The notes below the pieces were generated by a model. The model worked only from the letters and a program-made list of their open reading frames with translations. It was not told the origin of the DNA and searched no databases. From assembly GCA_951406725.2 (NCBI GenBank), contig OX597821.1:94550001-94614000 (forward strand): 64,000 nt of DNA, in the 5' to 3' direction. Origin of the DNA: Octopus vulgaris. Lineage: Eukaryota. The translations under genes were made by a program, and so were the position numbers. Below are positions 12,321 to 26,740 of the stretch, one piece after another (within the stretch, counting starts at the first letter, position 1; every line of letters begins with the position of its first letter).

Positions 12321-13059
12321 ACGCACACACTATATATATATATAAGAAAGAGGAAAGACAAATGTGTAAATGATTGTCTTATGATCTTCATTGGCTTACA
12401 GTTGTTTTATTAGATGTAGTGGACTTACAGCTTCTTCGGAGCTTCGAATTTGAAGCACGATTTATTTGAGACAGAATTTCATTTGTGCTTATATAGGGAA
12501 GGACATCAACAACACGAAATGTCAATACAGATGTATATATAAGAAAGGTGTATATCCAAAAAGCAATTGGATGTAATAGTGGAAATATATGTAAATATAT
12601 GTACGCACGGACTCTGAGGCACTCACAGATACAGAAAGGCACACGTGTAAAAAGCATCACTCACAGAACACAGAGACACGCACACGCATACGCACCGGGA
12701 CATCCACATTCGCATATAGATTGACTGCTAGAAATAGCAGTCAGACATATCTCTTATAATTTACCCGGTTTTCTTCTAAAACGAATGGACGAAGTGTTTG
12801 CGGCTAGAGTACTTTTGAATATAAGGTGTTATTCAGGCACTAAGTTCACTGCATTTCGTAGCAGAAACAGCTGTAAGCTAATGAAGCTCATAAGATAATC
12901 ACTTATTCCTTTGTATCTCTCTTTCTTATTACCGCTTTATACTCAACCAACACTTCGTTCTGAACATCGAGTTATTAGTGCCGAAGCGGCACCCCTTATA
13001 TTTTTACCTACATATATGTATATATATATATGATTGATTGATTGATTGATTCTAGTTTC

Positions 13060-13090
13060 AGCTTATGAGCTGTGGCCATGCTGGGGCACC

Positions 13091-13138
<48 letters not shown>

Positions 13139-13280
13139 TACGACGGGCTTCTTTCAGTTTCCATCTACCAAATCCACTCACAAGGCTTTGGTCGGCCCGA
13201 GGCTATAGTAGAAGACACTTGCCCAAGGTGCCACGCAGTGGGAATGAACCTAGTTGGTAAGCAAGCTACTTACCACACAG
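13060..13280 (-). mobile_element. Family B SINE, partial
   Basis: cgacgggcttctttcagtttcc...gacacttgcccaaggtgccacgcagtggg. Confidence 0.85.
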
Positions 13281-13443
13281 CACACATATTGAAAAGCTAA
13301 AAATGTGTGAAACATCAGTCCCATTGTTAACACCAATTGATTACACTCAATATAGAAGTTTTTCTTAAATGTTGTGGCCCCTTTTGTTTTAACTAACATA
13401 GTCAAATATACACAAACACACACAATATATACAGTGTGTGCGT

Positions 13444-13485
<42 letters not shown>

Positions 13486-13880
13486 GAGAGACAGATGTGG
13501 GGAGAAAGCAATGAAGTTTTATGTGTGTAAATGCCTGCATGTATAAATATATGCATATGTATGTAGGCGCGCAAGAGAACCTCGTCAATGAATTAACATC
13601 TGTGCTTATTGTGCTTTTGTATACGTGTGCGCATGTGTGAGTTGTACATGTGTGAATGTATGTGTGTGCACACCTCTGTGTGTGCGTGTGTATGCGCGTA
13701 TGTGAAGATGAGCGAGATAATTTCGGAGTGAGAAAAGAGTAAAATGTTAAAAATGTTTCTAAAAAGACACACCCATTATCTTGCCTTAATTTCTTTTCAA
13801 AAGCTAAGTCTGACTGATGCAGTAAGGAGTTAGTTGTCTGCTTGACTTTGACCTCTGGTAAAGCTTACCTATGATATATA

Positions 13881-14110
13881 TTTCCTTATTGCCCACAAGG
13901 GGCTAAACATAGAGAGGACAAACAAGAACAGATAAAGGGATTAAGTCGATTACGTCGAACCCAGTGCGTAACTGGTACTTAATTTATCGACCCCGAAAGG
14001 ATGAAAGGCAAAGTCGACCTCGGCGGAATTCGAACTCAGAACGTAGCGGCAGACGAAATACTGCTAAGCATTTCGCTCGGCGTGCTAACGTTTCTGCCAG
14101 CTCGCCGCCT
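13881..14110 (-). mobile_element. Family C SINE with 17-bp TSD
   Basis: Full length; agcttacctatgatata on both sides. Confidence 0.92.
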
Positions 14111-14163
14111 TCAGCTTACCTATGATATAGAAGAATTTCTGCCGTGGCTATGCTGATTTTTTC

Positions 14164-14269
<106 letters not shown>

Positions 14270-14407
14270 CTGTGAGTGTGTATTATTGGAACTGCAATAT
14301 CTAAAACGTTCTTCGTTTCTAAGACGATAGTCAGGATCTGGTTTAAGGGAGATTTGGTTGCTGTTTCTAAAAAGATAAAGGTGTGTCCCTTTATCTCTGT
14401 CTCTGTC

Positions 14408-14438
<31 letters not shown>

Positions 14439-15642
14439 GTCTCTCTCTCTCTCTCCCTCACTCTCTCATTCATTTTCTCTCGTGTAGTGTAGGGCGTTGA
14501 GGCGTTGTGTCTGGCGTTGAAGCGCTGAGGCGTTGTGGAGTTTTGTAGATCTGTAAAATGTCATGCAATATAACACATCATATGGGATAACTGCTGGAAG
14601 ATACGGGACATCAGTTATGACATCAGTTACTGACTGGTGATATCCTTTTCTACTCTAGGCACAAGGCTCGAAATTTTTGGGGAAGGGGGCCAATCGATTA
14701 GATCGACCCCGGTACGTAACTGGTACTTAATTTATCGTAAGATTGTGGTTTCAATTCCTGCACAGGACGACGCGTTGTGTTCTTGTGCAAAACACTTTAT
14801 CTCACTTAGCTCCAGTCCACTCATCTGGCAAAAATGAGTAGTCCTGCGACTGACCGACATGCCGTCCAGTTGCTGAATATATACGCCATGAAACCTGGAA
14901 ACCAGCCCTTATGAGTCGAGAATTTAACTTCATCATTTTTCTTCTTTTTTTACCTAGTCCACTCAGCTGGCAAAATTGAATAATCCTGTGACAGGCCGGT
15001 GTTCCATCCAGAAAGGAATATATCCCCCTCAGAAACCGAGAAGCAGGCCTTATGAGTCTATATCTCACAAACTAAGCAGCAAAAAAAGGTCGGTGAGATT
15101 TGTGGAACTGGTGTTTAGTTTTTAAAATATCACTTATATTTGCTTTGGAGTTGCTGTATCCAACCAAGAGAATTGCTTTCAAATGTTCATCAATCAACTT
15201 TGTTCAATGTGCCGACTCCACATACTTCATTTTTGAAAACATTTACTCACAGACATAACTTGTTCTAAACACTGACGCCATCCCAGAGGCAAATGAACTC
15301 TCATTGCAGCTACGTATTCGGCCCGCGGGCCGTAGTTTGGTGTCCCTTGGTGTAGAGTAATGTACTCTAATGCATCAATATGTTGTGTGGTATATTGTGT
15401 TTTGCTTCATTATTTAGCTCTTATATCAGATCAAAGAAGCTGTAAACGCGGCTATCACGTTTGTATTCGCGTGTAATATATCTATAACTGCATTATCTAA
15501 TAAGTCATTGCCGTTTTTTATGACAATCGGATATGATTAGAGGAAAGCTTGACTGCTATTTCTATCAGTTTGAATCACGTGAAAGCTCTTGAGATGAATT
15601 GTCAAAAAAAAAAAAGGACTATGGCTTAAAAGCATCACACGC

Positions 15643-15706
<64 letters not shown>

Positions 15707-16466
15707 AGAGGAAAGGCATTAAAGTAAAACAATAGTGTGTGATTGTAATATCATCACTTAGAGTTAATCACCAGGTGTTTCGTGTTAAAATAACAAAACA
15801 CAAACGGAAAACAAAAGGAATAAATGAGAATTCTCACCTGTATTCTAAAGCAATATATAACTAACTGGAAATTTCACACCAGATCCAAACTAAATGAAGT
15901 GTTGGCGTTTCCCAATTATATCTTTAGTCGCGCTATTATATATTATATTGCGAGAGAAACACATGTTGATGGTGATGGTGATGGTGATGGTGATGGTGAT
16001 GGTGATGGTGATGATAGTGGAAAATGTGGAGGTGGTAACGGTGATAATGGTGGTGGTAGTGGTGGTGGTAGTAGTGGTACGATGATGATTATGTAATCCT
16101 TTTTATTTGCCACAAGAGCGACATATGAGGAGACGTTACAAGAACGGATGACAAAAAAGAAAAGAAAAACTGTCCTCATTTTACACATAATTAAATTGAA
16201 TATTAAATTTGATACAGACAACGAAATAGTTGAGGACAGAAAAAACTGATAAGCTAGAAGAAAATTCTGAAGGAGGTTACTAAAAAAGAGACAGGGTAGT
16301 GTAATTAAAATCTGGACAGAAAGACAAGGTACAAACACACGGACCGTCCCAGTTATAAGCTACTTTACAAATTGGAAACCGATTGAATTGAAGAGATTAG
16401 ACGGCAAGAATATAGCTAGCGCACATACTATGAGGATTCATACAAATAATGCTAATATTTCTTTCT

Positions 16467-16767
16467 GTGGAGGCACGTGGCCTAGTGGTTAGAGCAGCGG
16501 ACTCGCGGTCGAGGGATCGCGTGTTCGAATCTCAGACCGGGTGATGTGTGTGTTTACGAGCGAAACACCTAAGCTCCACGCGGCTCCGGCAGAAGGTGAT
16601 GACGAACTTCTGCTGACTCTTTCGCCACAACTTTTTCTCACTCTTTCCTCTTGCAGCTCACCTGCGACGGACCGGCGTCCCATCCAGGTGGGGAACCTAT
16701 ACGCCAAGGAAACTGGGAAACCGGCCCTTATGAGCCAGGCGTGGCTCGAGCAGGAACAAACAACAAC
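16467..16767 (+). mobile_element. tRNA-Arg-like SINE, family D, with 13-bp TSD
   Basis: Head related to family A, distinct tail ending in (caa)n; TSD aatatttctttct at 16454-16466 and 16768-16780. Confidence 0.9.
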
Positions 16768-16784
16768 AATATTTCTTTCTAATA

Positions 16785-16981
16785 ATCTTTCCTATTATAG
16801 GTACAAAGCCTGATATTTGGGGGCAAGGAGCTAATCGATTACATCGGCCTCAGTGTCCAATTGGTATTTGTTTTATGGAACCTGAAAGGATGAAAGTCGA
16901 CATCGGTGGAATTAGAACTGAAAACGTAAAAAATATCGCTAAGCATTTTGTCCGGCGCAGTAAGGTTTCTGCCAGTTCGCC
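16785..16981 (-). mobile_element. Degenerate family C SINE
   Basis: gaaaggatgaaagtcgac core and cgctaagcattttgtccggcg head remnant. Confidence 0.7.
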
Positions 16982-17089
16982 TGATTAATATAGCTTTCTA
17001 ATAATAATGATCATAATAAAAACTCCAGCAAAGTAACAAAGTAAGATTTAAAAAGTTACTTAGAACTCAGCAAATTGAAAATGAAATAT

Positions 17090-17254
17090 GGCTCTGTGGT
17101 TAAGAATCACGTGGTTTCGGCTTCAATCCCACTGTGCGCACCTTGCGCAACTGTCATCTATTATAACCCTGGGCCGACCAGTGCCTTGTGAGTAGATTTG
17201 ATAGGCAAAAACTTGCGAAAGCTTATCACTTCGTATATTTATGTGTGTGAGTGC

Positions 17255-17287
<33 letters not shown>

Positions 17288-17510
17288 TGCATGCGCGTGT
17301 GTGTTTGTGTTTGTAGTTGTCCCTCCTCCACTGCTTGACAACCGGTACTGGTTTGTTTATGTCCCTGTAACATCGCGGTTCGGCAAAAGAGAACGATCGA
17401 ATAAGTACCGAACTTTAAAAATAAAAATTACTGGTGTTGATTTGTTCGACTAAACTCTCCAAAGAGGTGCCTCAGCATAGCCTTAGTTCAGCGAACGAAA
17501 CAAGCAAAAG
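17090..17510 (+). mobile_element. Degenerate family B SINE
   Basis: gggccgacc...ccttgtgagtagattt and cggttcggcaaaagaga motifs. Confidence 0.75.
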
Positions 17511-17590
17511 CTATTAAGAAAATACAAAAAACAAGTATCTTTTTGTATATACGACCCTTGGAATAACCGAAAAGGATAAGATTTTACATT

Positions 17591-17991
17591 ACTCTCTTTT
17601 ACTTGTTTCAGCCATTTGACTGCGGCTATGCTGGAGCACCGCCTTCTAGTCGAGTAAATCGACCCCAGGACTTATTCTTTGTAAGCCTAGTACTTACTCT
17701 ATCAGTCTTTTTTGCTGAACCGCTAAGTTACGGGGACGTAAACACACCAGCATCGGTTGTCAAGCAATGGTGGGGGGACAAACACAGACACACAAACATA
17801 TACACACATACATATACATACATATATACGGCGGGCTTCTTTCAGTTTCCGTCTACCAGATCCACTCACAAGGCTTTGGTCGGCCCGAGGATATAGTAGA
17901 AGACACTTGCCCAAGGTGCCACGCAGTGGGAATGAACCCGGAACCATGTGGTTGGTAAGCAAGCTACTTACCACACAACCACTCCTGCGCC
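17591..17991 (-). mobile_element. Family B SINE, full length
   Basis: Reverse-complement match, tail-to-tail with the preceding copy. Confidence 0.9.
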
Positions 17992-18129
17992 TAGAAACAA
18001 CGGTTTCTAAAATGCATGGACTTAATAGGATAACAGTTGCTGTAAGTCAATCATCTTCAGCTTATTGAAAGCTCGGTTACCGAACTACAACTATGTCGGC
18101 GCGATTCCTAATCGAACTTTGTCTCCAGC

Positions 18130-18246
18130 ATCAAATAAGTGGCTGCGACTTATAGTCGGGTCAATGATAAAATTCCCTATTTGAACCTTGTAAGTCGGCG
18201 GCGCGTCCTATAGGTGAGGGCGTTTTATAGTCAAGTATCTACGGTA
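18130..18246. mobile_element. Tc1/mariner/pogo-type MITE end fragment
   Basis: Repeated gcgacttatag/gcgtcctatag/gcgttttatag sub-terminal motifs ending in tacggTA; no partner TIR found. Confidence 0.45.
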
Positions 18247-18626
18247 AGTAAAACTCGACATAAAAGAGAATTCTGTTTAAACAAACAACATACTCTACCT
18301 ACAGCATGTACTTAGTACTCTGCTTTATTGTTTTTCACTTTGCAAACTATAATATTTGAACGTGTGCGTGTACCTACGTGTGTGTGTGCACATATTTATA
18401 TTTGTAAAGTTACAGCTGGTTGAAAAGAGAGTGTATTTGACTTGGTGGCCAATGGACGGACTTATGATATCATGATATCATGATATTATGACCAAGATAT
18501 TGCGCATTTACTGGCTCACCCTAATTAGTTAAAAATGGGCACCATGAGTAAGTACGAAATTTGAGCTCGGCTTCTTATAGACCACAGACTTCATGTCTAG
18601 GTAAATTATTCTACATTTGTGTGTGA

Positions 18627-18683
<57 letters not shown>

Positions 18684-19048
18684 CTTTCGATTCACTTTCT
18701 CTCCCTCTTCTCCCTCTTTTCACTACTCCTCATCATCGGAGGATTCCTCTCTAACTACAGAGTTCACTATAGATAATGAAACCGGACTTCATTAATGTTT
18801 AATGAGAATCTAATGTTCATTAGAGCTAATGATGTACTAATCTATTACTATTGAAAACAAAAGTAATTATCACATCAATATCACCTCACCTCCGTATGAC
18901 TACTACTACTACTACTACAACTACCACCACCACCACCTCCACAACTACTACTGCTACCACCACCACTTCCACAACTACTATCACCACCACCACCTCCACA
19001 ACTATTACCACCACCACCTCCACAACTATTACCACCACCACCTCCACA

Positions 19049-19102
<54 letters not shown>

Positions 19103-19413
19103 GTTGCAGCTGCTACTGCTGCTGCTGTTTTGTTGATGGTTTTGTTTAGCTATAGTTGACTCTATTTTAGTTGGTTTGTGACATGGAATTTGTTAATCGG
19201 TCGAAGTTTTTGATTGTTGTTAATGTGGTGTGGTACTTTGAATGATGTCGTTTATAAATTGCTTAACTCCAAGTCAGAACTGGTCGAGTAGATCTATAAA
19301 TCCAGCCATGCCTATGTCATCTTTGTTTTATCCAGTGTTTACTCCCACGCCATTTTCTTCAAAATCATTAAGATTTGACTGCCTTTTCTAGAAGCTAGAG
19401 CGACCATATATTG

Positions 19414-19638
19414 ATTTCTTTACTACCCACAAGGGGCTAAACACAGAGAGGACAAACAAGGACAGACAAATGGATTAAGTCGATTACATCGACCCTAGTG
19501 GGCAACTGGTACTTAATTTATCGACCCCGAAAGGATGAAAGGCAAAGTCGACCTCGGCGGAATTTGAACTCAGAACGTAACGGCAGACGAAATACGGCCA
19601 CGCATTTCGCCCGGCGTGCTAACGTTTCTGCCAGCTCG
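19414..19638 (-). mobile_element. Family C SINE
   Basis: Near full-length match. Confidence 0.9.
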
Positions 19639-19834
19639 AGGCTGTCCTATTAGTTCTTGGGGATGCTGTTGTTTTTAGTGCTATTGCTAATGCTGCTACC
19701 ACCGCTAATTATCGTTGCGAACGCTCTTGAAGCTAACGACAGTGAAGAAGGCAAGTTTTGAAATATACAGAGTCCTGGATCTTTGAATCGCATCGAGACG
19801 TTAGACCAGCTCCCTAAGAGGTAAAACTTTATTT

Positions 19835-20220
19835 GTGGAGGCGCAATGGCCCAGTGGTTAGGGCAGCGGATTCGCGGTCATAGGATCGTTGTTTCGATTC
19901 CCAGACCGGGCGTTGTGAGTGTTTATTGAGCGAAAACACCTAAAGCTCCACGAGGCTCCCGCAGGGGATGGTGGTGATCCCTGCTGTACTCTTTCACCAC
20001 AACTTTCTCTCACTCTTACTTTCTGTTTCTGTTGTACCTGTATTTCAAAGGGCCGGCCTTGTCACTCTCTGTGTCACGCTGAATATCCCCGAGAACTATG
20101 TTAAGGGTACACGTGTCTGTGGAGTGCTCAGTCACTTACACGTTAATTTCACGAGCAGGCTGTTCCGTTGATTCGGATCAACCGGAACCCTCGTCGTCGT
20201 AACCGACGGAGTGCTTCCAC
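19835..20220 (+). mobile_element. Family A SINE with 10-bp TSD
   Basis: TSD aactttattt at 19825-19834 and 20221-20230. Confidence 0.92.
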
Positions 20221-20348
20221 AACTTTATTTATTGATAAACGAGGTCTACACGACAAGAATATAAATGAATATTTACTTATTACTTTAGCCGCTCTGTCCT
20301 CTCCGGGACCTTGTTATCCCCTGCTAGAAGAACCATCGCTCCACTCAC

Positions 20349-20468
20349 CTTTGAGCTGATCCTCTGCTGTTGCGTCTGATTCGTTCCAAGAAAGACGGTA
20401 GAGTTCCCGGTCACATTCCGGTACGTTGTCTTAGCTGGCATGCCTAACATTGATGGAAGGTCGGAGTA
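20349..20468 (-). CDS. Candidate host coding exon (120 nt, phase 0/0), possibly extending to 20539
   Basis: Acceptor tgttgcttctcag|, donor AAG|gtgagt; open frame YSDLPSMLGMPAKTTYRNVTGNSTVFLGTNQTQQQRISSK; unique, GC-richer sequence. Confidence 0.45.
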
Positions 20469-20918
20469 CTGAGAAGCAACAGTACTTTGTGTCACTAAAA
20501 GCGACATTCATCGTCGAAATCGACAGAGATCCATTTACTCTGCATGGCAGCAAAACCCAATCAGTTACCGATGTTTCTATTAATTTTTCTTATTGCTGAT
20601 TCTGTTTGTCAATAGCCAGGCCTGACAGAAATGTCATGATATATTTTTGTTCGATCACAAGAGATGGAGTTTGAACTCAGAACGTACAGATCAGGAACAG
20701 ATACAGCAACGCATCTCTTTCGTGGTCAACAAGCTTGCTTTTAAGTATGTATGTATGTATGTATGTATGTATGTATTATGTGTGTGTGCTTGTTTTTATG
20801 TGTATGTATTCATAGTTCTATGCAATTATATCATGGATGAGCTATTTTAGTCTTCTAAAGCAGAAACTCTTAAATTCACTCTTCGTATATTTCTTGAGAT
20901 ATCATCATTATCACTATC

Positions 20919-20954
<36 letters not shown>

Positions 20955-21418
20955 ATGTGCGTGTGTGTGTGTCTGTCTGTGTGTGCGTGCGTGCGTGCGT
21001 GTGTGTGTGTCCTGAGCTAAAAATAAAAAATAGATAAGAAAAGAGAGAAGGAAGGCAAGAGAATAGAAAAAGGAAAGGTGAGAAATGTTTCAATCGGTCA
21101 ACCAGTTTTCGCATCAGTATCCTTCTGTCTCTCTCTCTCCCCTCTCCCTCTCCCCCTCAGTCTTTCTCTTTCACTTCCCCTTCTCTATTTCCCTCTCATT
21201 TTTCGTTTTCCTGTTTTTAATATACATTTTATTAATATTCACACATAATTTAGTAAGCTATTTTAGTAATAATATGCTAATTTCACTATGTGAATTATTC
21301 TGGCAAGACCGTACTCACCGATTAAGAATATGGTCCAGTGAGCATGTAGAGACTTCCGCACCGATGTTTTTATTTTTATTTTCATTGTTGCTGCCCATTT
21401 CAGATGAAATATTCAAGT

Positions 21419-21630
21419 AAGGCGGCAAGCAAGCAGAATCGTTAGCACGCTGGACAATTCGCTTAGCGGCACTTCGTCCTAGTTTACGTTCTGAGTTCAG
21501 ATGCCGCTGAGGTTGGCTTTGCCTTTCATCCTTTCGGGGTCGATAAAATAAGTTCCAGTTGAGCACTGGGGCCGATGTAATCGACTTACCCCGCCCCTCA
21601 AAATTGTTTGTCTAATGCCAGAATTTGAAA
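21419..21630 (+). mobile_element. Family C SINE, diverged, alternative tail
   Basis: aaggcggcaagc head and gcctttcatcctttcggggtcgataaa core. Confidence 0.82.
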
Positions 21631-21737
21631 TTAATGTGAAATATTCGAGTATGCAATAACTAATTTGGATCTTCAAAGTATCATTTTAGTGTGAAATTTC
21701 CTCATTCCCCAGTCTTCGATACTTATAACTTGAACAA

Positions 21738-21902
21738 GGCGCAGCAGTGGTTGTGTGGTAAGTAGCTTGCTTGCCAACTACATGGTTCCGGGTTCAGTCC
21801 CACTGCGTGGCACCTTGTACAAGTGTCTTCCACTATAGCCTCGGGCTGACCAAAGCCTTGTGAGTGGATTTAGTAGACGGAAACTGAAAGAAGCTTGTCG
21901 TA

Positions 21903-21905
<3 letters not shown>
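21738..21905 (+). mobile_element. Family B SINE 5' half ending in (TA)n
   Basis: Head through aagaagcttgtcgtata. Confidence 0.85.
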
Positions 21906-21985
<80 letters not shown>

Positions 21986-22172
21986 AGAAAATGGAGAAAT
22001 ATATCTAAATGAATCATCAACTATCAGATAATACCGAATCAATACTTTAATAAAACACTACACAATAGCAATGATAATTATACATTAATATAGTACAAAA
22101 ATTTCACAAGACATAGAAATACATTTACATTGTAGCTGACAGCTGTTTCGGCCGTGAAGACAGGTATGTCTC

Positions 22173-22232
<60 letters not shown>

Positions 22233-22651
22233 CATTACTATACATAAATGCCATACGCTAGGAGGGACTCTTAAGAATAAACACATCATACCGAATGCAA
22301 CTCTCGAAGCAAGTAATTTAAAAGCAAAATTTAGCTGCAGACCACGTGATTTCATAATTAGTACAGTAATGCACTTTTTAATCATCAGTGCAAGCATAAT
22401 TCAAGATTTATAACGAATGAACAAAATCAACATACCAGACGAACAACCAATGTATCTAACGTAGCATATAGAAATGTTCACCCTTTATACATCTATGTAA
22501 ATGGCGGGCTTTTTCGAATTGCATTTCGGTAACAACCTGCTTATTCGGAGTAAAAATTCAGTTGTTACCGAAATGCAATTCGAAAAAATCCGCCATTTAC
22601 ATAAATGTATAAAGGGTGAACATTTCTGCAGTTTCGGCCGGTTACACTCGA

Positions 22652-22704
<53 letters not shown>

Positions 22705-22708
22705 AACA

Positions 22709-23387
<679 letters not shown>

Positions 23388-23649
23388 TCACTTCCGTCGA
23401 AGACGATGTATGAGCGTTCAGTTTTTGCCGAACGAAATGCAAAAATGATTTGTTTACAGTGATCAAATGTTCGTGCCGCTCCTTAGCTCACTCTCTACAT
23501 CAGACAGACATTGCTTGTACAGGTGCACGGTGTGCCACACGTCAGGTGTCAAAGTGACCGAAGAGCAATGTGAAATGGAGTGTTTTGCTAAAGAGCACCA
23601 CGCACTGCTAGGTCCAAGAACTGAAGCGGCGATCGTGAGTGCAACACCC

Positions 23650-23727
<78 letters not shown>

Positions 23728-24064
23728 AACAAAAAGGAGCTAACTCGAAGTGGCCAGTGGCGTGTGTTTGAATAACATAGCCAAATACTAGAGTATCATA
23801 ATTGACAAATGGCAAATAAGACCAGCTCCAGTTAAGAAGGGAAGATAATCTCAAAGTTCAAGAGTTCTCCAGAAATGACTTGCCATAAAATAAAAGGACA
23901 GGATTATTGTCTGGAGGTAAGAGACAATCGTGGACACGTGTTTCTGGTCAATAGTCTTTATCAACACGGCAATTACCTTACCTTGTCTCCTGCAGCCAGA
24001 CGGCTTAGACGTATACAAAACAAAGTAGAAAATACTGATAGTCAATGTATTTTGCATGATTTAA

Positions 24065-24280
24065 TAAGGCGACGAGCTGGCAGAATCGTTAGCGCGCCGG
24101 GCAATAATGCTTGGCGGCATTTCGTCCGTCTTTACGTTCTGAGTTCATATTCCGCTGAGGCCGTGTTTGCTTTTCATCTTTTCGGGATCGATAAAATGAA
24201 TATAAGTTGAACATTGGGGTCGATGTAATTAACTTACCCACTCCCTCGGAATTTCAGATCTTGTGTCTATAACAGAGAAC
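24065..24280 (+). mobile_element. Family C SINE, diverged
   Basis: aaggcgacgagctggcagaatcgttagc head plus core. Confidence 0.82.
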
Positions 24281-25038
24281 ATGATATTATCAAAATAAGT
24301 TAAGAGAAATAGCTCGATTGCATGAAATATAATATTTGTAATTCAATTTTCGTCTTTAGTAAATTAAACTGCAGCAGCAACATTTTGAATTTGCCGAAAA
24401 TGAAACAACAAACGCTTTCAAATATAAAAGTAAATTTATATTTAAAAAGCTCTGTAGTTATAAATTCTCTAACGTCAATCGGTTGCTCGTTAATGAAAAT
24501 TCTGTGTAAAGTTTAAAGAAAAACATTTTCTTTTTTTTTTTTTTTTCAAATTATAACATTTATGATTTTGAATCTCTGGTGTTTGAAAATGTAATAATCA
24601 GAAAACCGTTAAAAAATAACTGATGGAAAGTTAGAGAAGGTTAAAAATCTATGCTAAAACAAATAATTGCCTTGTTTTTTGGGTTTTTTTTTTAGGTAAC
24701 CATTTTTACTGAAAATAATAACATTATTGATGTTGCTATATATTGCACTCATCGTAATATCGATTATGCTGAATATATGTTAGCGTAAAGGCGCATGCGT
24801 GCTTTGTATGTATGCGTGTGTGTGTGTGTGTGTGTGCGTGTGTGTATGTGTGTGTGTGTGTGTGTGTGAAACAGGGACTGAATAGAGGAAATTATCTTTT
24901 AGAAATCAAAAAATCGAATTTTATCAATGAAATCGTGAGAGAATTAGAAGGCGAACTATGGAGAGAACTTAATGAAGCAGTAGCTTGAAGTGGGGGGGGG
25001 ACGTGTGTGTGAGTGTGTGTTTGTGTGAGTGTGTGTTT

Positions 25039-25069
<31 letters not shown>

Positions 25070-25082
25070 CGTGCGCGCGCGC

Positions 25083-25124
<42 letters not shown>

Positions 25125-25889
25125 GAGAAAGGAAGAAACGGACAGAATAAAAACAAAAGTTAGTCCGTCCATCTATCAGTTCATCTCACTTTCTCCCTCC
25201 TCTATTTTTAATAAATATTCTTTCTTATAATAAATGCAGGGTCTCTATCGATCAATATTGAACATGCATCTGTACATGTATGCATGTCTGGGCAATAGTT
25301 TTTTTCAGGAAGACTAGCAGTTGCATGTAATTCTCCTCCTCTCCATGCCACTAACATTTATACAAATCGAAGGCCGCTGCTTTGGACTTACACATCATGG
25401 CCCCCATTGTCATCTCGTGCGTTGCTTTCACAATACAAAAAGAGCCGGAACAGATACCGCAAAGGCGTCTCATTCAATTCTCTAACAATTCCGACAACTC
25501 ACATCATCAGGTCGGTATTTTTTTAATCAGAACTGAAATGGCAAAACTGACCGCTGGAACACAAAGAGCAGGAACAAATACCAATAAACATTCTTTCAAG
25601 CACTCTAACGACTCTGCCAATCTGCAGCGACTCCATAAGTAAATATGATATACAAAAGCATAGAATATTTAGTTTGTGATTCTCTATATATCTATGTTTT
25701 TGCCTCGGTATATCCTTTGCCATGAGTTGAGCAAGACGTTTGTGCTTATATGTAACAATATGTGAGTCAGAAAGGCAATTATAGTTTACCTCAGTATTTG
25801 ACATTTGCTTATTTTATCATTTTATCACAATATATATCCTATATCTGTATCTATATCTATCTATCCATCTATCTATCTATGTAATATCG

Positions 25890-26102
25890 GTTTCAAATTT
25901 TGGCACAAGGCCAGAAACTTTGGGGGAGGGTGTAAGTCGATTTCATCAATCCCAGTGTTCAACTAGTACTTACTTTATCGATCCTGATAGGCTGAAAGGC
26001 GAAGTTGACCTCGGTGGCATTTGAACTCAAAACTTAAATTGCAATGAAATGCAGCTAAGCACTTTGTCCTGCAGGATAACGATTCTGCCTGCTCGCCGCC
26101 TT
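25890..26102 (-). mobile_element. Family C SINE, diverged
   Basis: Ends in ctcgccgcctt; degenerate core. Confidence 0.78.
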
Positions 26103-26353
26103 ACATACACTATTTAATATCAACATCATTTACCTACAGCTTGTCATATACTCAGAGAAAACTGTCATACTGTCATGCAATATGTATAAGTTATTCCGAT
26201 AATGCCTTGTTGATTAGCTAAGCGGATTTATATTTCAGTTCAGACATATTTAATCAGCGAAAGTCTACGTTGAGACATTGACAATACGACGGCTCTCTTT
26301 TCCCAATTTGATTTATGTAGTTAACATTTATCTTTGAATTGTATTATTAACGC

Positions 26354-26740
26354 GGAGGCGCAATGGCCCAGTGGTTAGGGCAGCGGACTCGCGGTCATAG
26401 GATCGCGGTTTCGATTCCCAGACCGGGCGTTGTGAGTGTTTATTGAGCGAAAACACCTAAAAGCTCCACGAGGCTCCGGCAGGGGGTGGTGGCGATCCCT
26501 GCTGTACTCTTTCACCACAACTTACTCTCACTCTTACTTCCTGTTTCTGTTGTACCTGTATTTCAAAGGGCCGACCTTGTCACTCTCTGTGTCACGCTGA
26601 ATCTCCTCGAGAACTACGTTAAGGGTACACGTGTCTGTGGAGTGCTCAGCCACTTGCACGTTAATTTCACGAGCAGGCTGTTCCGTTGATTCGGATCAAC
26701 CGGAACCCTCATCGTCGTAACCGACGGAGTGCTTCCATCC
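26354..26740 (+). mobile_element. Family A SINE with 11-bp TSD
   Basis: TSD attattaacgc at 26343-26353 and 26741-26751. Confidence 0.92.

Noticed and set aside
15315-15350. cggcccgcgggccgtagtttgg, resembling a hAT transposon sub-terminal end
   Set aside because: Too short, with no partner end or 8-bp TSD identified.
19968-20171. Recurrent ORF MVVIPAVLFHHNFLSLLL... (also at 7541, 26486 and 58705)
   Set aside because: It recurs only because it lies within family A SINE copies.
23960-24040. Possible 22-nt minus-strand micro-exon with AAG|gtaagg donor
   Set aside because: Splice-like signals alone are too common, and the length is not a multiple of three.
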